Positions 27,444 to 35,822 of a stretch of DNA of 47,697 nt are shown here, piece after piece (position 1 is the first letter of the stretch; every line of letters begins with the position of its first letter). A program made the translations under genes and the position numbers. The DNA is from Solirubrobacteraceae bacterium. GTDB taxonomy: Bacteria; Actinomycetota; Thermoleophilia; Solirubrobacterales; Solirubrobacteraceae. Under the pieces are notes generated by a model. That model did not search any database. It saw nothing but the letters and a program-made list of their open reading frames with translations, and was not told the DNA's origin. The DNA is taken from positions 1 through 47,697 of the forward strand of contig DATJOU010000195.1 of assembly GCA_035506775.1 (NCBI GenBank), in the 5' to 3' direction.

Positions 27444-28352
27444 ATGGCCTGGACGCTCGCCGAGAAGGTCATCCTCGTCACGGGTGGCGCCCGCGGGATC
27501 GGCGCCGGCACGGCGGCCGAGCTCGCCCGGCGGGGGGCGAGGGTGGTGCTCGCCGACCTCGACCCCGGGGCGATGGCCGACACCGCCTCGCGGATCACGC
27601 CCGAGCCGCTAACGATCGAGTTGGACGTGACCGACATGGTGGCCTGCGAGGCCGCCGTGCAGCAGGTGCTCGCCGAGCACGGCCGGCTGGACATCGCCTG
27701 GGCCAATGCGGGGATCGCCTCGTTCGGCCCGCTGGGGCTGACGGCCCCGAGCGCGTGGCGGCGGACGATCGAGGTGAATCTGCTCGGGCCCTACAACACG
27801 CTACGGGCGGCGCTCCCCGCGGTCTGCGAGCAGCGCGGCTACCTGGCCGTCACGGCTTCGCTGGCGTCCTTCGCGCACGCTCCCGGACTGTCCGCATACG
27901 CGGCCTCGAAGGCAGGTGTGGAGGCGATGTGCAACTCGCTTCGCAACGAGGTCTCCCACCTCGGGGTAGACGTGGCGAGCATCCACCCGAGCTGGATAGA
28001 CACGGACATGGTCCGTGAGGGGGATGACAGCCAACGCTCCTTCCAGCGCCTGCGGGAGGCGATGAAGGAACCCTTCAAGCGCACCTATCCGCTCGAGCGG
28101 GCGGTGTCCGACATCGTCACGGGCTTCGAAGCCCGCAAGCGGCGCATCTGCAGTCCCCGCTTCGCCGTGATGGCCCACTGGCTGCGCCCGCTGCTCGCCA
28201 CCACGGCCTTCGAGCGCGACCAGCGGGCGGCCGCCCCCGAGATCGCCAGGCTGTTCGAAGAGGAGCTCGCAGAACGGGGTGCCGAGGGGGCTTCGACCAG
28301 CGAGCGGGTCGCCGAGCAGCTCGACGTGCACCTGCCAAGCGGCATCTCCTGA
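27444..28352 (+). CDS. Short-chain dehydrogenase/reductase
   Basis: TGGARGIG, ANAGI, YAASK. Confidence 0.92.
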   Translation: MAWTLAEKVILVTGGARGIGAGTAAELARRGARVVLADLDPGAMADTASRITPEPLTIELDVTDMVACEAAVQQVLAEHGRLDIAWANAGIASFGPLGLTAPSAWRRTIEVNLLGPYNTLRAALPAVCEQRGYLAVTASLASFAHAPGLSAYAASKAGVEAMCNSLRNEVSHLGVDVASIHPSWIDTDMVREGDDSQRSFQRLREAMKEPFKRTYPLERAVSDIVTGFEARKRRICSPRFAVMAHWLRPLLATTAFERDQRAAAPEIARLFEEELAERGAEGASTSERVAEQLDVHLPSGIS

Positions 28353-29494
28353 GCCTGGCCGACCCCACCCGGGGGTCCTGCGACGCGCGCTTCGCCGCCG
28401 TCCGCGACGCGCTCCGGGAGAACGTCGCCGAGCGGGACGAGCTCGGAGCTGCGGTCGCGGTCGTGCTGGACGGACGCCCGGTGGTGGACCTGTGGTGCGG
28501 TTGGGCCGACGCCCGTCGCACGAGGGCCTGGCAGCGCGACACGCTCGTCAACGCGTTCTCGGTGGGCAAGGCCTTCGCGGGCCTGTGCCTGCTGATGCTC
28601 GTCTCGCGCGGAGCGGCCGGGCTCGACGACCCGGTCGTACGGCACTGGCCGGAGTTTGCAGCCGCGGGCAAGGACGAGGTGACCCTGCGGCAGCTGCTCA
28701 GTCACCGGGCCGGCCTGGCGGCGATCACCGAGATGCTCCCCGAGGGGGCCCTCTATGACTGGGACCGTGTCGCCGCGGCGCTGGCCGCGCAGGAGCCGTG
28801 GTGGACGCCCGGCAGCGGGCACGGCTACCACGTACACACGTTCGGCTTCCTGGCCGGGGAGCTGGTGCGGCGTCTCGGCGGCGAGCGGATCGGGGTGTTC
28901 CTCGAGCGGGAGGTCGCGCAGCCGCTCGGTGCGCGGGTCAGCTTCGGGCTGCCCGAGCGCGAGCGGCCCCTGCGGGCGGACTTCGTGTTCGACGAACGGC
29001 GGGCACTGCGCACCCGCGCGGAGCTGGGCGAGCTCGCAGGTCGGAGCCTACGCGCGGCGGCCTACCTGAATCCGCCCGGCGCGATGGGGGTGGGGACCGT
29101 CAACACGCTCGCCTGGCAGCAGGCGGAGATCCCGTCGGCCAACCTCCACGCCGACGCACGTGGGGTGGCCGCCGTCTACGCGGCGCTCGCCCGCGAGAGC
29201 CCGGGGCTGCTCGGCGGCGACGTGCTGGCCGAGGCGACACGGGAGCACTCCGTGGGCACCGATCTGGTGCTCGAACGCCCGTCGCGTTTCGGGCTGGGAT
29301 TCCAGCTCACACAGCGCGAGCGACCGCTCGGCCCGCACGAGTGTGGCTTCGGCCATTTCGGGGCCGGCGGCTCGGTCGGCTTCGGGGACCCCCGGGAGGG
29401 GCTGGCGTTCGCCTACCTGATGAATCGCGGTGGGCCGCAGTGGCAGGACCCGCGCAACCGGGCCCTGATCGAGGCCACATACTCGTCACTGTGA
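28349..29494 (+). CDS. Serine hydrolase, beta-lactamase class C/EstA-like esterase
   Basis: FSVGK (SxxK), LLSHRAGL, HGYH, FGHFGAGGS; the frame stays open upstream of 28463 with GSCDARFAAVRDAL, so CTG 28349 overlapping the upstream TGA is proposed as start. Confidence 0.85.
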   Translation: MSLADPTRGSCDARFAAVRDALRENVAERDELGAAVAVVLDGRPVVDLWCGWADARRTRAWQRDTLVNAFSVGKAFAGLCLLMLVSRGAAGLDDPVVRHWPEFAAAGKDEVTLRQLLSHRAGLAAITEMLPEGALYDWDRVAAALAAQEPWWTPGSGHGYHVHTFGFLAGELVRRLGGERIGVFLEREVAQPLGARVSFGLPERERPLRADFVFDERRALRTRAELGELAGRSLRAAAYLNPPGAMGVGTVNTLAWQQAEIPSANLHADARGVAAVYAALARESPGLLGGDVLAEATREHSVGTDLVLERPSRFGLGFQLTQRERPLGPHECGFGHFGAGGSVGFGDPREGLAFAYLMNRGGPQWQDPRNRALIEATYSSL

Positions 29495-29568
29495 AGATTC
29501 ACACACCCTCACCGGCGGTGAAGGGATGAAAAGGTGACAATGGCTCTCAAAAGGTGCCCAAAGCGCCG

Positions 29569-29597
29569 TTGACAGTGAATCGGGGCGTTGCTACCTT
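29569..29597 (+). promoter_or_regulatory. Sigma70/SigA-type promoter
   Basis: TTGACA (29569-29574), 17-nt spacer, TG-n extended -10 and TACCTT (29592-29597). Confidence 0.75.
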
Positions 29598-29603
29598 GCG
29601 ACA

Positions 29604-29774
29604 CGATTCAGCCGGACGCTGCCTCGAGGGGGCCGTCCGGGTGAGGCCGGCAACGCACGGAAGCGGCGCCGAATCGGGTGGCTACCACGGAGGGTGAACC
29701 GAACATGGATGTTCGGTCTGGGACAGCGAACGTGCCTTCCCCCCTCCACGCCATCCCACCACGGCTTCGCGCCC
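29604..29774 (+). ncRNA. Candidate structured small RNA or leader with a 25-codon sORF
   Basis: Downstream of the consensus promoter, several GC stems, next gene convergent; no Rfam family recognised. Confidence 0.35.
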
Positions 29775-30695
29775 TCAGTTGACCGGAGGGGGGGAGCCCT
29801 CCGCGCTCGCCAGCAGGTGCGGGTCCCAACCACAGGTCACGCACGCATGGCTGAAGGCCGAGCTCGCGAACTCGAGTGCGGGCGTCACCGGGTCCGCCCG
29901 GTCGCGGACGTCGTTCCAGTCGAGTACGTACTCCCCGAGACCCGACTCCCAGCGGGCGCTGTGCGGCCTCAGCGTGGCTTGCGAAAACGCGTCCGGCGCC
30001 GGGTGTGCGTAGGCGTAGAAGGCGGCCCGTTCATAGCGGCCGTCCCCGGGCCACCACCCGATCGCGACCTCTTCCGCGTCCATCGCGTTGCGCATGATGA
30101 AGTCACCCGAGGGCGGTTCCGCGGGGGCTCCGGAGAACAGGTTCACGGCCAGGTCGAAGGACCCCCACCACGCGTTCACCGGCGTCGAGCGTCCGCGGTA
30201 GGGGGCCCGGAAGGCCGCCAGCGCGATCGCCGCCTGGGTCGCCGCGGCGAAGTACCGCTCGACCGCCCCGGCGTCGTAGCGGGTGTGCTCGGCGTCCTCG
30301 TCCAGGGGCACGGTCCAGGAGACCTCCTGCGGGGCCGGGTTGATCTCGACATGCCCGCCCAGCTCCCCCACGGCCCCCAGCAGCTCCCGCGTGACCTCTC
30401 CCACGGCCCGGTCGGGGGTCAGCCCCAGCCGCCGGGTGCCCCGGCTCGTGTGCTCCACGACGGCCTCGTGGGTACGCAGGTCGAGCGCCGCGACGATCGC
30501 CCCGCTCCCGTCGGGAGCGGGGAGCGGGGAGGTCTCCCACCCCCGCGCCGTCAGCTTCAGGGCGGCGTGCTGCAACTCGGGCTCGGGGGGCGCCAGCACC
30601 ACCGCGAGCTTGCCCAGCACCTGCGTGTGCGCGTGCAGGGTGTCGCAGGTCTCCTGCCATTCGCGGTAGTCGACGGAGGGCCACCCCACCGGCAT
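29775..30695 (-). CDS. DUF5996 family protein
   Basis: WQETCDTLHAHTQVLGK, LTARGWET, FRAPYRGRSTPVNAWWGSFDLAVNLFSG, GWWPGD, FYAYAHPAP. Confidence 0.82.
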   Translation of the reverse strand: MPVGWPSVDYREWQETCDTLHAHTQVLGKLAVVLAPPEPELQHAALKLTARGWETSPLPAPDGSGAIVAALDLRTHEAVVEHTSRGTRRLGLTPDRAVGEVTRELLGAVGELGGHVEINPAPQEVSWTVPLDEDAEHTRYDAGAVERYFAAATQAAIALAAFRAPYRGRSTPVNAWWGSFDLAVNLFSGAPAEPPSGDFIMRNAMDAEEVAIGWWPGDGRYERAAFYAYAHPAPDAFSQATLRPHSARWESGLGEYVLDWNDVRDRADPVTPALEFASSAFSHACVTCGWDPHLLASAEGSPPPVN

Positions 30696-30787
30696 CGCCG
30701 ATCAGACTACCGCCCCGCCACGGGCGCCCGGGGCCCGTGCAGCCACTGTTTCGCACACGGCGGGCGCCCCCACTAGAGTCACCGGCG

Positions 30788-31612
30788 GTGATCGATCTGC
30801 ATTGCCACGTGCTGCCCGGGATCGACGACGGGCCGCAGACGATCGAGGAGTCGCTGGCGATGGCGGAGGTCGCGGCCCGGTCGGGAACCCGGACCCTGGT
30901 GGCCACGCCCCACGTGAACCGCCGCTACGCCAACCGCGCCTCCACGATCTTGCCGCTGGTCGAGGACCTGAACCGCAGGATCCGGGACGACGGCCTCGAG
31001 CTCGAGGTGCGGCCGGGAGCCGAGGTCGCGCTGCTGGGGGCGGCCGCACTCGGCGACGAGGAGCTGTGCCGGCTGCGCCTCGGCGGCGGGCCGTGGCTGC
31101 TCGTCGAGCCACCGACGGCCCCCGTCGAGGACGACGTGGCGGAGCTGGTGATGGCGCTCGCCGGCCGGGGCCACCGCGTCCTGCTCGCCCACCCGGAGCG
31201 CTGCCCGGCCTTCCGCGAGGACCCCGGCGTGCTCGCCTCGCTCGTGGGCGAAGGTGTGCTCGGCTCGGTCACGGCGGCGTCGCTGCGGGGGCACTTCGGC
31301 GAGGACGTTGCCCGCTTCGCGCTCGAGCTGCTGCGCTCGGAACTGATCCACAACGTGGCCTCCGACGCCCATCACCACGAAGCCCGCCCGCCGACCGTGC
31401 TGGCCGAGCTCGACCGGGTCGGACTCGGGCCGCTCGCCGAGTGGTTCACGGCCCGCGTTCCGGGGGCGATCCTGGAGGGCACCGAGATCCCACAGCGGCC
31501 GTTGCTGAAAGCGGGCCTCCAGACGCGCTCGACATGGGTCCGACGCGAGCCGTCCGGCAGGGAGCGAAGCGTCAGTGGCTCCCCGTCACCTCCTCCAGCG
31601 TCCTTGAGCTGA
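30788..31612 (+). CDS. CpsB/CapC/YwqE family PHP protein-tyrosine phosphatase
   Basis: IDLHCHVLPGIDDG, VATPH, GAEV, LAHPER, ASDAH. Confidence 0.9.
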   Translation: MIDLHCHVLPGIDDGPQTIEESLAMAEVAARSGTRTLVATPHVNRRYANRASTILPLVEDLNRRIRDDGLELEVRPGAEVALLGAAALGDEELCRLRLGGGPWLLVEPPTAPVEDDVAELVMALAGRGHRVLLAHPERCPAFREDPGVLASLVGEGVLGSVTAASLRGHFGEDVARFALELLRSELIHNVASDAHHHEARPPTVLAELDRVGLGPLAEWFTARVPGAILEGTEIPQRPLLKAGLQTRSTWVRREPSGRERSVSGSPSPPPASLS

Positions 31613-32345
31613 GCACCGAGCGGGGCTCCTCGGCGACGATGTCGCTACCCGGCCGCGCGCGCTCGTCGCGGCGCTTGACGAGCAGCCACTGAGGGTGCGG
31701 GGAGCCGCCCGTGCGTTGCAGGGCGAACCCCCCCGAGAGCTTCTCGCCGTGGAGCACGAACACGGCGTGGCCCCGCTCGAGCGCCTCCGGCCAGGGGACC
31801 CGGCCGCCCTGCTCGTAGCTGCCCCGGTCCCACACGATCACCCCTCCCTGGCCGCGGCTGCCCTCGAAGGCGGCGTGGGCGAGCTCGTGGTCGCCGACCT
31901 GAACCGCCAGCCGCTTGACGGCCGGGTCCATCGAGGGGCCCTTCGGCACCGCCCACGAGCGCAGCACGCCGTCCACCTCCAGCCGCAGGTCGAAGTGGTG
32001 GGTGCTCGCGAGGTGCTCCTGCACCACGAAGCTGCCCGCGCTCACCCCCCGGATCGCGAACTGCTCGTGCCCCTCGACCCGCACCTCCTCCAGGCCCAGC
32101 CCCTTCACCCGCGAGCCGGGGGGTCCCCGGCCCAGGAACCCGAGCAGGTCCTCGACGGCCTCGGAGGGACCCTCGGCGTGCACCGCCACGGTCCTGTCGG
32201 GTTCGTTGCGCACCCACCCCGACAGCCCCAGCGCCAGGGCTCGCTTCCGGGTCTCGGCACGAAAGCCCACGCCCTGGACCTCGCCGCTGACGGTGACCCG
32301 CACCGCCCGGTCGGGCCGCTCCGTCACCGCCGGAGTGGCCCGCAT
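31572..32345 (-). CDS. Acylphosphatase fused to LigD 3'-phosphoesterase domain
   Basis: N-terminus: GEVQGVGFR...GWVRN; C-terminus: FVVQEHLASTHHFDLRLE..GVLRSWAVPKGPSMDPAVKRLAV, VIVWDRG, LHGEKLSG, WLLVK. Confidence 0.88.
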   Translation of the reverse strand: MRATPAVTERPDRAVRVTVSGEVQGVGFRAETRKRALALGLSGWVRNEPDRTVAVHAEGPSEAVEDLLGFLGRGPPGSRVKGLGLEEVRVEGHEQFAIRGVSAGSFVVQEHLASTHHFDLRLEVDGVLRSWAVPKGPSMDPAVKRLAVQVGDHELAHAAFEGSRGQGGVIVWDRGSYEQGGRVPWPEALERGHAVFVLHGEKLSGGFALQRTGGSPHPQWLLVKRRDERARPGSDIVAEEPRSVLSSRTLEEVTGSH

Positions 32346-32556
32346 TCTCTGGAAATTGGGAGCTTTTCGGAGGGTTTTCCGACCATCTTGCACATTTCCC
32401 TGGGTGTCTGATTCTGTATGATTTGCAACGTCGACGCGGGCAACGCGGAGACTCGGCCAATGGATTGGCCGGCACGGTCGTGGGGCTGCCGGGGCGGGTT
32501 TCGCCCGGCCTGACCGGCGAGCGCACATAGCAACCAATGGAATGGGAGCGCATGAA

Positions 32557-33294
32557 ATGAACACCGGCGGTGGGAAACGGATTTTCCGCCTCGGAGCCCG
32601 TCAGACGGGACACGGACCCGAACCCGAGCGGGACACCCAGGTCGAGGGGACGGCGGGCGGGAAGCTGGCGCATCTGAGCGTGGCGGCTTCCGACGCTCCC
32701 GCCCCGCTCCGAGAGACGATCGTCGCGGCGGTCGAACACGAGCGCCGGCGGATGGCGGCCGATGTCCACGACCTGGTCATGCAGGATCTCGCGCTCGCGC
32801 TCGCAAGGGCGAGGATGCTGGCGGACGACACGCCCGCCGCCGAGGCGGTCGTGGCCGCCGCCGAGCGCGCCCTCGCGGGTGCCCGGGGCCTGGTCTGTGG
32901 CCTCACCGTGCAGCGTTCGGAGCCGATCGCCGCCGCGGTCGCCGCCGGGGTCCGGCGGGCCGCCCGCGACATCCCGGTCACGGTCGTGGCGCAGGACGTC
33001 CCGCCGCTACCCCAACCGGACCGCCAGACCTTCAGCGCGATCGTCCACATCGCCCGCGAGGCGGTGACGAACGCCGTCAAGCACGCAAACCCCACGCGCA
33101 TCGACGTCGCGCTGGAGTGTCCCGAGGAGTGGCGCCTGCGGATCAGGGACGACGGCTCCGGCTTCGAAGCCGACCGCGCTTCCGGTGGTTTCGGCCTGCA
33201 GAGCATGAGGCGCCAGGCGCACGCGCTCGGGGGACGCCTGCAGGTGACGAGCGGGGCCGGCTCCGGCACGTCCGTGGTGGCGCTGCTCCCGTGA
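32557..33294 (+). CDS. HisKA_3-type sensor histidine kinase lacking an evident sensor or TM domain
   Basis: ERRRMAADVHD H-box, EAVTNAVKHA N-box, DDGSGF, GFGLQSM, GSGT; ATG 32557 has GGGAG at suitable spacing (ATG 32542 alternative). Confidence 0.85.
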   Translation: MNTGGGKRIFRLGARQTGHGPEPERDTQVEGTAGGKLAHLSVAASDAPAPLRETIVAAVEHERRRMAADVHDLVMQDLALALARARMLADDTPAAEAVVAAAERALAGARGLVCGLTVQRSEPIAAAVAAGVRRAARDIPVTVVAQDVPPLPQPDRQTFSAIVHIAREAVTNAVKHANPTRIDVALECPEEWRLRIRDDGSGFEADRASGGFGLQSMRRQAHALGGRLQVTSGAGSGTSVVALLP

Positions 33295-33956
33295 GCCCCC
33301 CGGTCCCCCTCGGGGCGCCGACGGTCGTGATCGCCGACGACCATCCCGCCACCCGCCTGGGTGTGCGTATGGCGCTCACGCGGGGTGGCTTCGAGGTGGT
33401 CGCCGAGGCCGCGGACTGCGACGGGGCGGTGGCGGCCGCACTCAGCCGCCGACCCGACGTGTGCCTGCTCGACGTCTGCATGCCCGGGGGAGGAATCGAG
33501 GCCGCGCAGCGGATCACCCGCGCACGGGTGGGCGTGGCCGTGGTGATGCTGACCGTCTCTCAGGACAGCGGGGACGTGCTCGCGGCCCTGCGTGCCGGAG
33601 CCGTCGGCTACCTGCCCAAGGAGACCCGGCCCGACCGTCTCCCCGCCGCCCTGTCCGGCGTCCTGGCCGGCGAGGCCGCGCTGCCGCGGGCCCTGATGGG
33701 GCGGGTGCTCGAGTCGCTGCGCGACGGTGGGATGCCCTCCACCGGCCCCGTCCGGGTGGGAGCGGCGACGCTCTCCGCGCGGGAGGCCGAGATCCTGAAG
33801 ATGCTGCGGTCGGGGCTGAAGACGTCGGACATCAGCCGCACGCTGTCGCTTTCACCCGTCACCATCCGCCGCCACATCTCCTCGGCGGTCGCGAAGCTGG
33901 GCGTCGCGGACCGCGCAGCCGCGATCGACGCGCTCGACTCGATCGCGGCCGCCTGA
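33291..33956 (+). CDS. NarL/LuxR family response regulator
   Basis: IADDH, LLDVCMPGG, GAVGYLPK, LSAREAEIL HTH; GTGA overlap. Confidence 0.92.
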   Translation: MSPPVPLGAPTVVIADDHPATRLGVRMALTRGGFEVVAEAADCDGAVAAALSRRPDVCLLDVCMPGGGIEAAQRITRARVGVAVVMLTVSQDSGDVLAALRAGAVGYLPKETRPDRLPAALSGVLAGEAALPRALMGRVLESLRDGGMPSTGPVRVGAATLSAREAEILKMLRSGLKTSDISRTLSLSPVTIRRHISSAVAKLGVADRAAAIDALDSIAAA

Positions 33957-33962
33957 TCCGCG

Positions 33963-35759
33963 CTAGCGAACGATCGCCACGGGTGCCACGCGGGTGAGCG
34001 GCCGCAGGCGGCGCATGACCGCCCCCGCCGATTCGTAGTCGAACTGCACCGCCGCCGCCTTGTGGCTTTTCCTGCCGCCCGCCGTGGCGAACACGTACCC
34101 GACGCCGGGCCTCACCGCCGAGGGGGTGCGGATCGTGCATTCGAGGGTCGAGGGGCACTGCAGGGTGACGGCCGTCCCTTTCCCGACCTTGAATGTCGTA
34201 CCGCCGGTGGCCGTGGAGAAGCCGCTGCCGGTGACCGTCGCTTCCGTGCCGCCTCCCACCGGCCCGGCGGCGGGGGTGATGTGCGTGACCGTCGGTCGTT
34301 CGTAGGTGAAGCGCGCCCTGCGGTTCGCCCCGCTGTCGCCGCTGGGGGTGATGACGGTCACTTCGACGGCCCCGGTGGTGGCGGCCGGGGACACGGCGTT
34401 GATCGTTGTCGGGGAGACCATTTCGAAGCTCGCCGGCAGGCCCCCGAACCTGACTTCCGTGACGCTCCCGAAGCCCGTCCCCGTGATCTGAACAACCGTC
34501 CCGCCGGCCGCCGGCCCCTTCCTCGCCGAGAGCCTGGTCACGACCGGGGGCGCTTCGGTCTGAAAGGTCGCGCCGTTGCCGGAAGCGGTGCCGTGGGCGT
34601 TGCGCGCCTTCACCCGATAGTGGTAGGTGGAGCCGGGGGTGAGGGCCGTGAGCGCCGCCGTGACGGACACGGGGCCGTCCCCCGAGCCGGGGGCCGGGGT
34701 GCAGGGGGCGCTGTATCCGTAGCTGACGCCGGGCCCGTATTCGAACACGCATTCGGTGACTTCGCTGCCGTTCGGGTCCACGGTGCCGTTCAGCGTGGCG
34801 GTGGTCTGGGTGATTTCGCCCGCGACACCCGTGACCACGGTCGGGACTTCTTCACCGGCATCTTCTTCGATGGTCCCGTAGGCGTAGCTGTAGGTCTGAC
34901 CGCCTTCTTCCTGGGCCCCACGGTTGGTGTTCAGCAGGTCGAATCCTTTTGGTTCCTCCTGCAGCCAGCCTTCGGTGTTGCACTTTTCACAGTTGATCTT
35001 GGTCGTTTCGGGGGAGGGCAGTTCTTTCAGCGTGCGCGCCACGTGTTCCCAGTTGTGTGGTTCGTTTGTGTAGTTGCCCCACGGCTGGTCTTCGGTGGTG
35101 CTGACGCGTTCGTGGTAGAAGAGCTGGTACTTGTGGAATTCCTCTGAGCCCGTCCCGTAGGCTTTCTGGAAGGTCGTGTTCGTGAGCCAGTACTTTTCGC
35201 CCTTCACGACCTTGACGGGGGTTTCGAGCTTGAATTCTGTCCACCCGTTGTCGAGGATCTTGCTCTCCGGCACTTTTCCGGAGGTGCCCAGCAGGGCGCC
35301 GGGGTCTTCCGGCGGGATTTCGAATTCGTACTGTTTGAATCTGGCCGGGGTCCACGTTTCCTTGGCCCCGTTTTCTTCTTCACCGCGGTATTCGATTTCC
35401 GCGTAGTGGTATCGGCGGTTGGCGAAGATCCCCACTTCCGCGCCCGTGGCTTCACCCGTCGCCAGCGCGGCGAAGATCGCTTCGACTGTTCCGGTGTGTT
35501 CGGCGATGAACGGCCAGCCGACGAACTGCGCCTGGGAGATTTCGTCGGCGCAGTAGGAGTCGTGGGATTTCGGGCAGGGCGCGGAATTGTCTTCCCAGTT
35601 GGCCTTCTGTTCGGCCCCCATCAGGACCCCGGGTTCGACGCCGGCCGCGGCCCGCGCGGGGAACGCGGAGCACGACCCGAGCGCCACGAGCACGCAGCCG
35701 GCGGCGAGCAGGGGCGCCCTGATCGATGGTCGGTCGGTTTCGTGCAGCGCGACGCGCAT
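33963..35759 (-). CDS. Secreted protein with unassigned N-terminal beta-domain, Fn3-like domain and two IPT/TIG domains
   Basis: Signal peptide (..PARAAA), TTATLNGTVDPNG..YHYRVKARN, two GPxxGGTxVxxTGxGF repeats. Confidence 0.8.
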   Translation of the reverse strand: MRVALHETDRPSIRAPLLAAGCVLVALGSCSAFPARAAAGVEPGVLMGAEQKANWEDNSAPCPKSHDSYCADEISQAQFVGWPFIAEHTGTVEAIFAALATGEATGAEVGIFANRRYHYAEIEYRGEEENGAKETWTPARFKQYEFEIPPEDPGALLGTSGKVPESKILDNGWTEFKLETPVKVVKGEKYWLTNTTFQKAYGTGSEEFHKYQLFYHERVSTTEDQPWGNYTNEPHNWEHVARTLKELPSPETTKINCEKCNTEGWLQEEPKGFDLLNTNRGAQEEGGQTYSYAYGTIEEDAGEEVPTVVTGVAGEITQTTATLNGTVDPNGSEVTECVFEYGPGVSYGYSAPCTPAPGSGDGPVSVTAALTALTPGSTYHYRVKARNAHGTASGNGATFQTEAPPVVTRLSARKGPAAGGTVVQITGTGFGSVTEVRFGGLPASFEMVSPTTINAVSPAATTGAVEVTVITPSGDSGANRRARFTYERPTVTHITPAAGPVGGGTEATVTGSGFSTATGGTTFKVGKGTAVTLQCPSTLECTIRTPSAVRPGVGYVFATAGGRKSHKAAAVQFDYESAGAVMRRLRPLTRVAPVAIVR

Positions 35760-35822
35760 GAGAGTGCTCTCCCCCTAGCAACGGCGGGCACCCGCGGCTG
35801 CTTTCGGCCGTGGCCGCCGGTG

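Noticed and set aside
28349-29494. Antibiotic-resistance beta-lactamase
   Set aside because: No signal peptide; motifs match cytoplasmic EstA-like serine hydrolases
29604-29690. Resemblance to SRP RNA (GGAAGCGGC), c-di-AMP ydaO riboswitch (GCCGAATC) or SAM riboswitch (CCGGCAAC)
   Set aside because: Only short fragments match; the remaining conserved elements of each family are absent, so no family was assigned
31572-32345. Calling the gene ligD or inferring an NHEJ locus
   Set aside because: No ligase or polymerase domain and no Ku gene in the window
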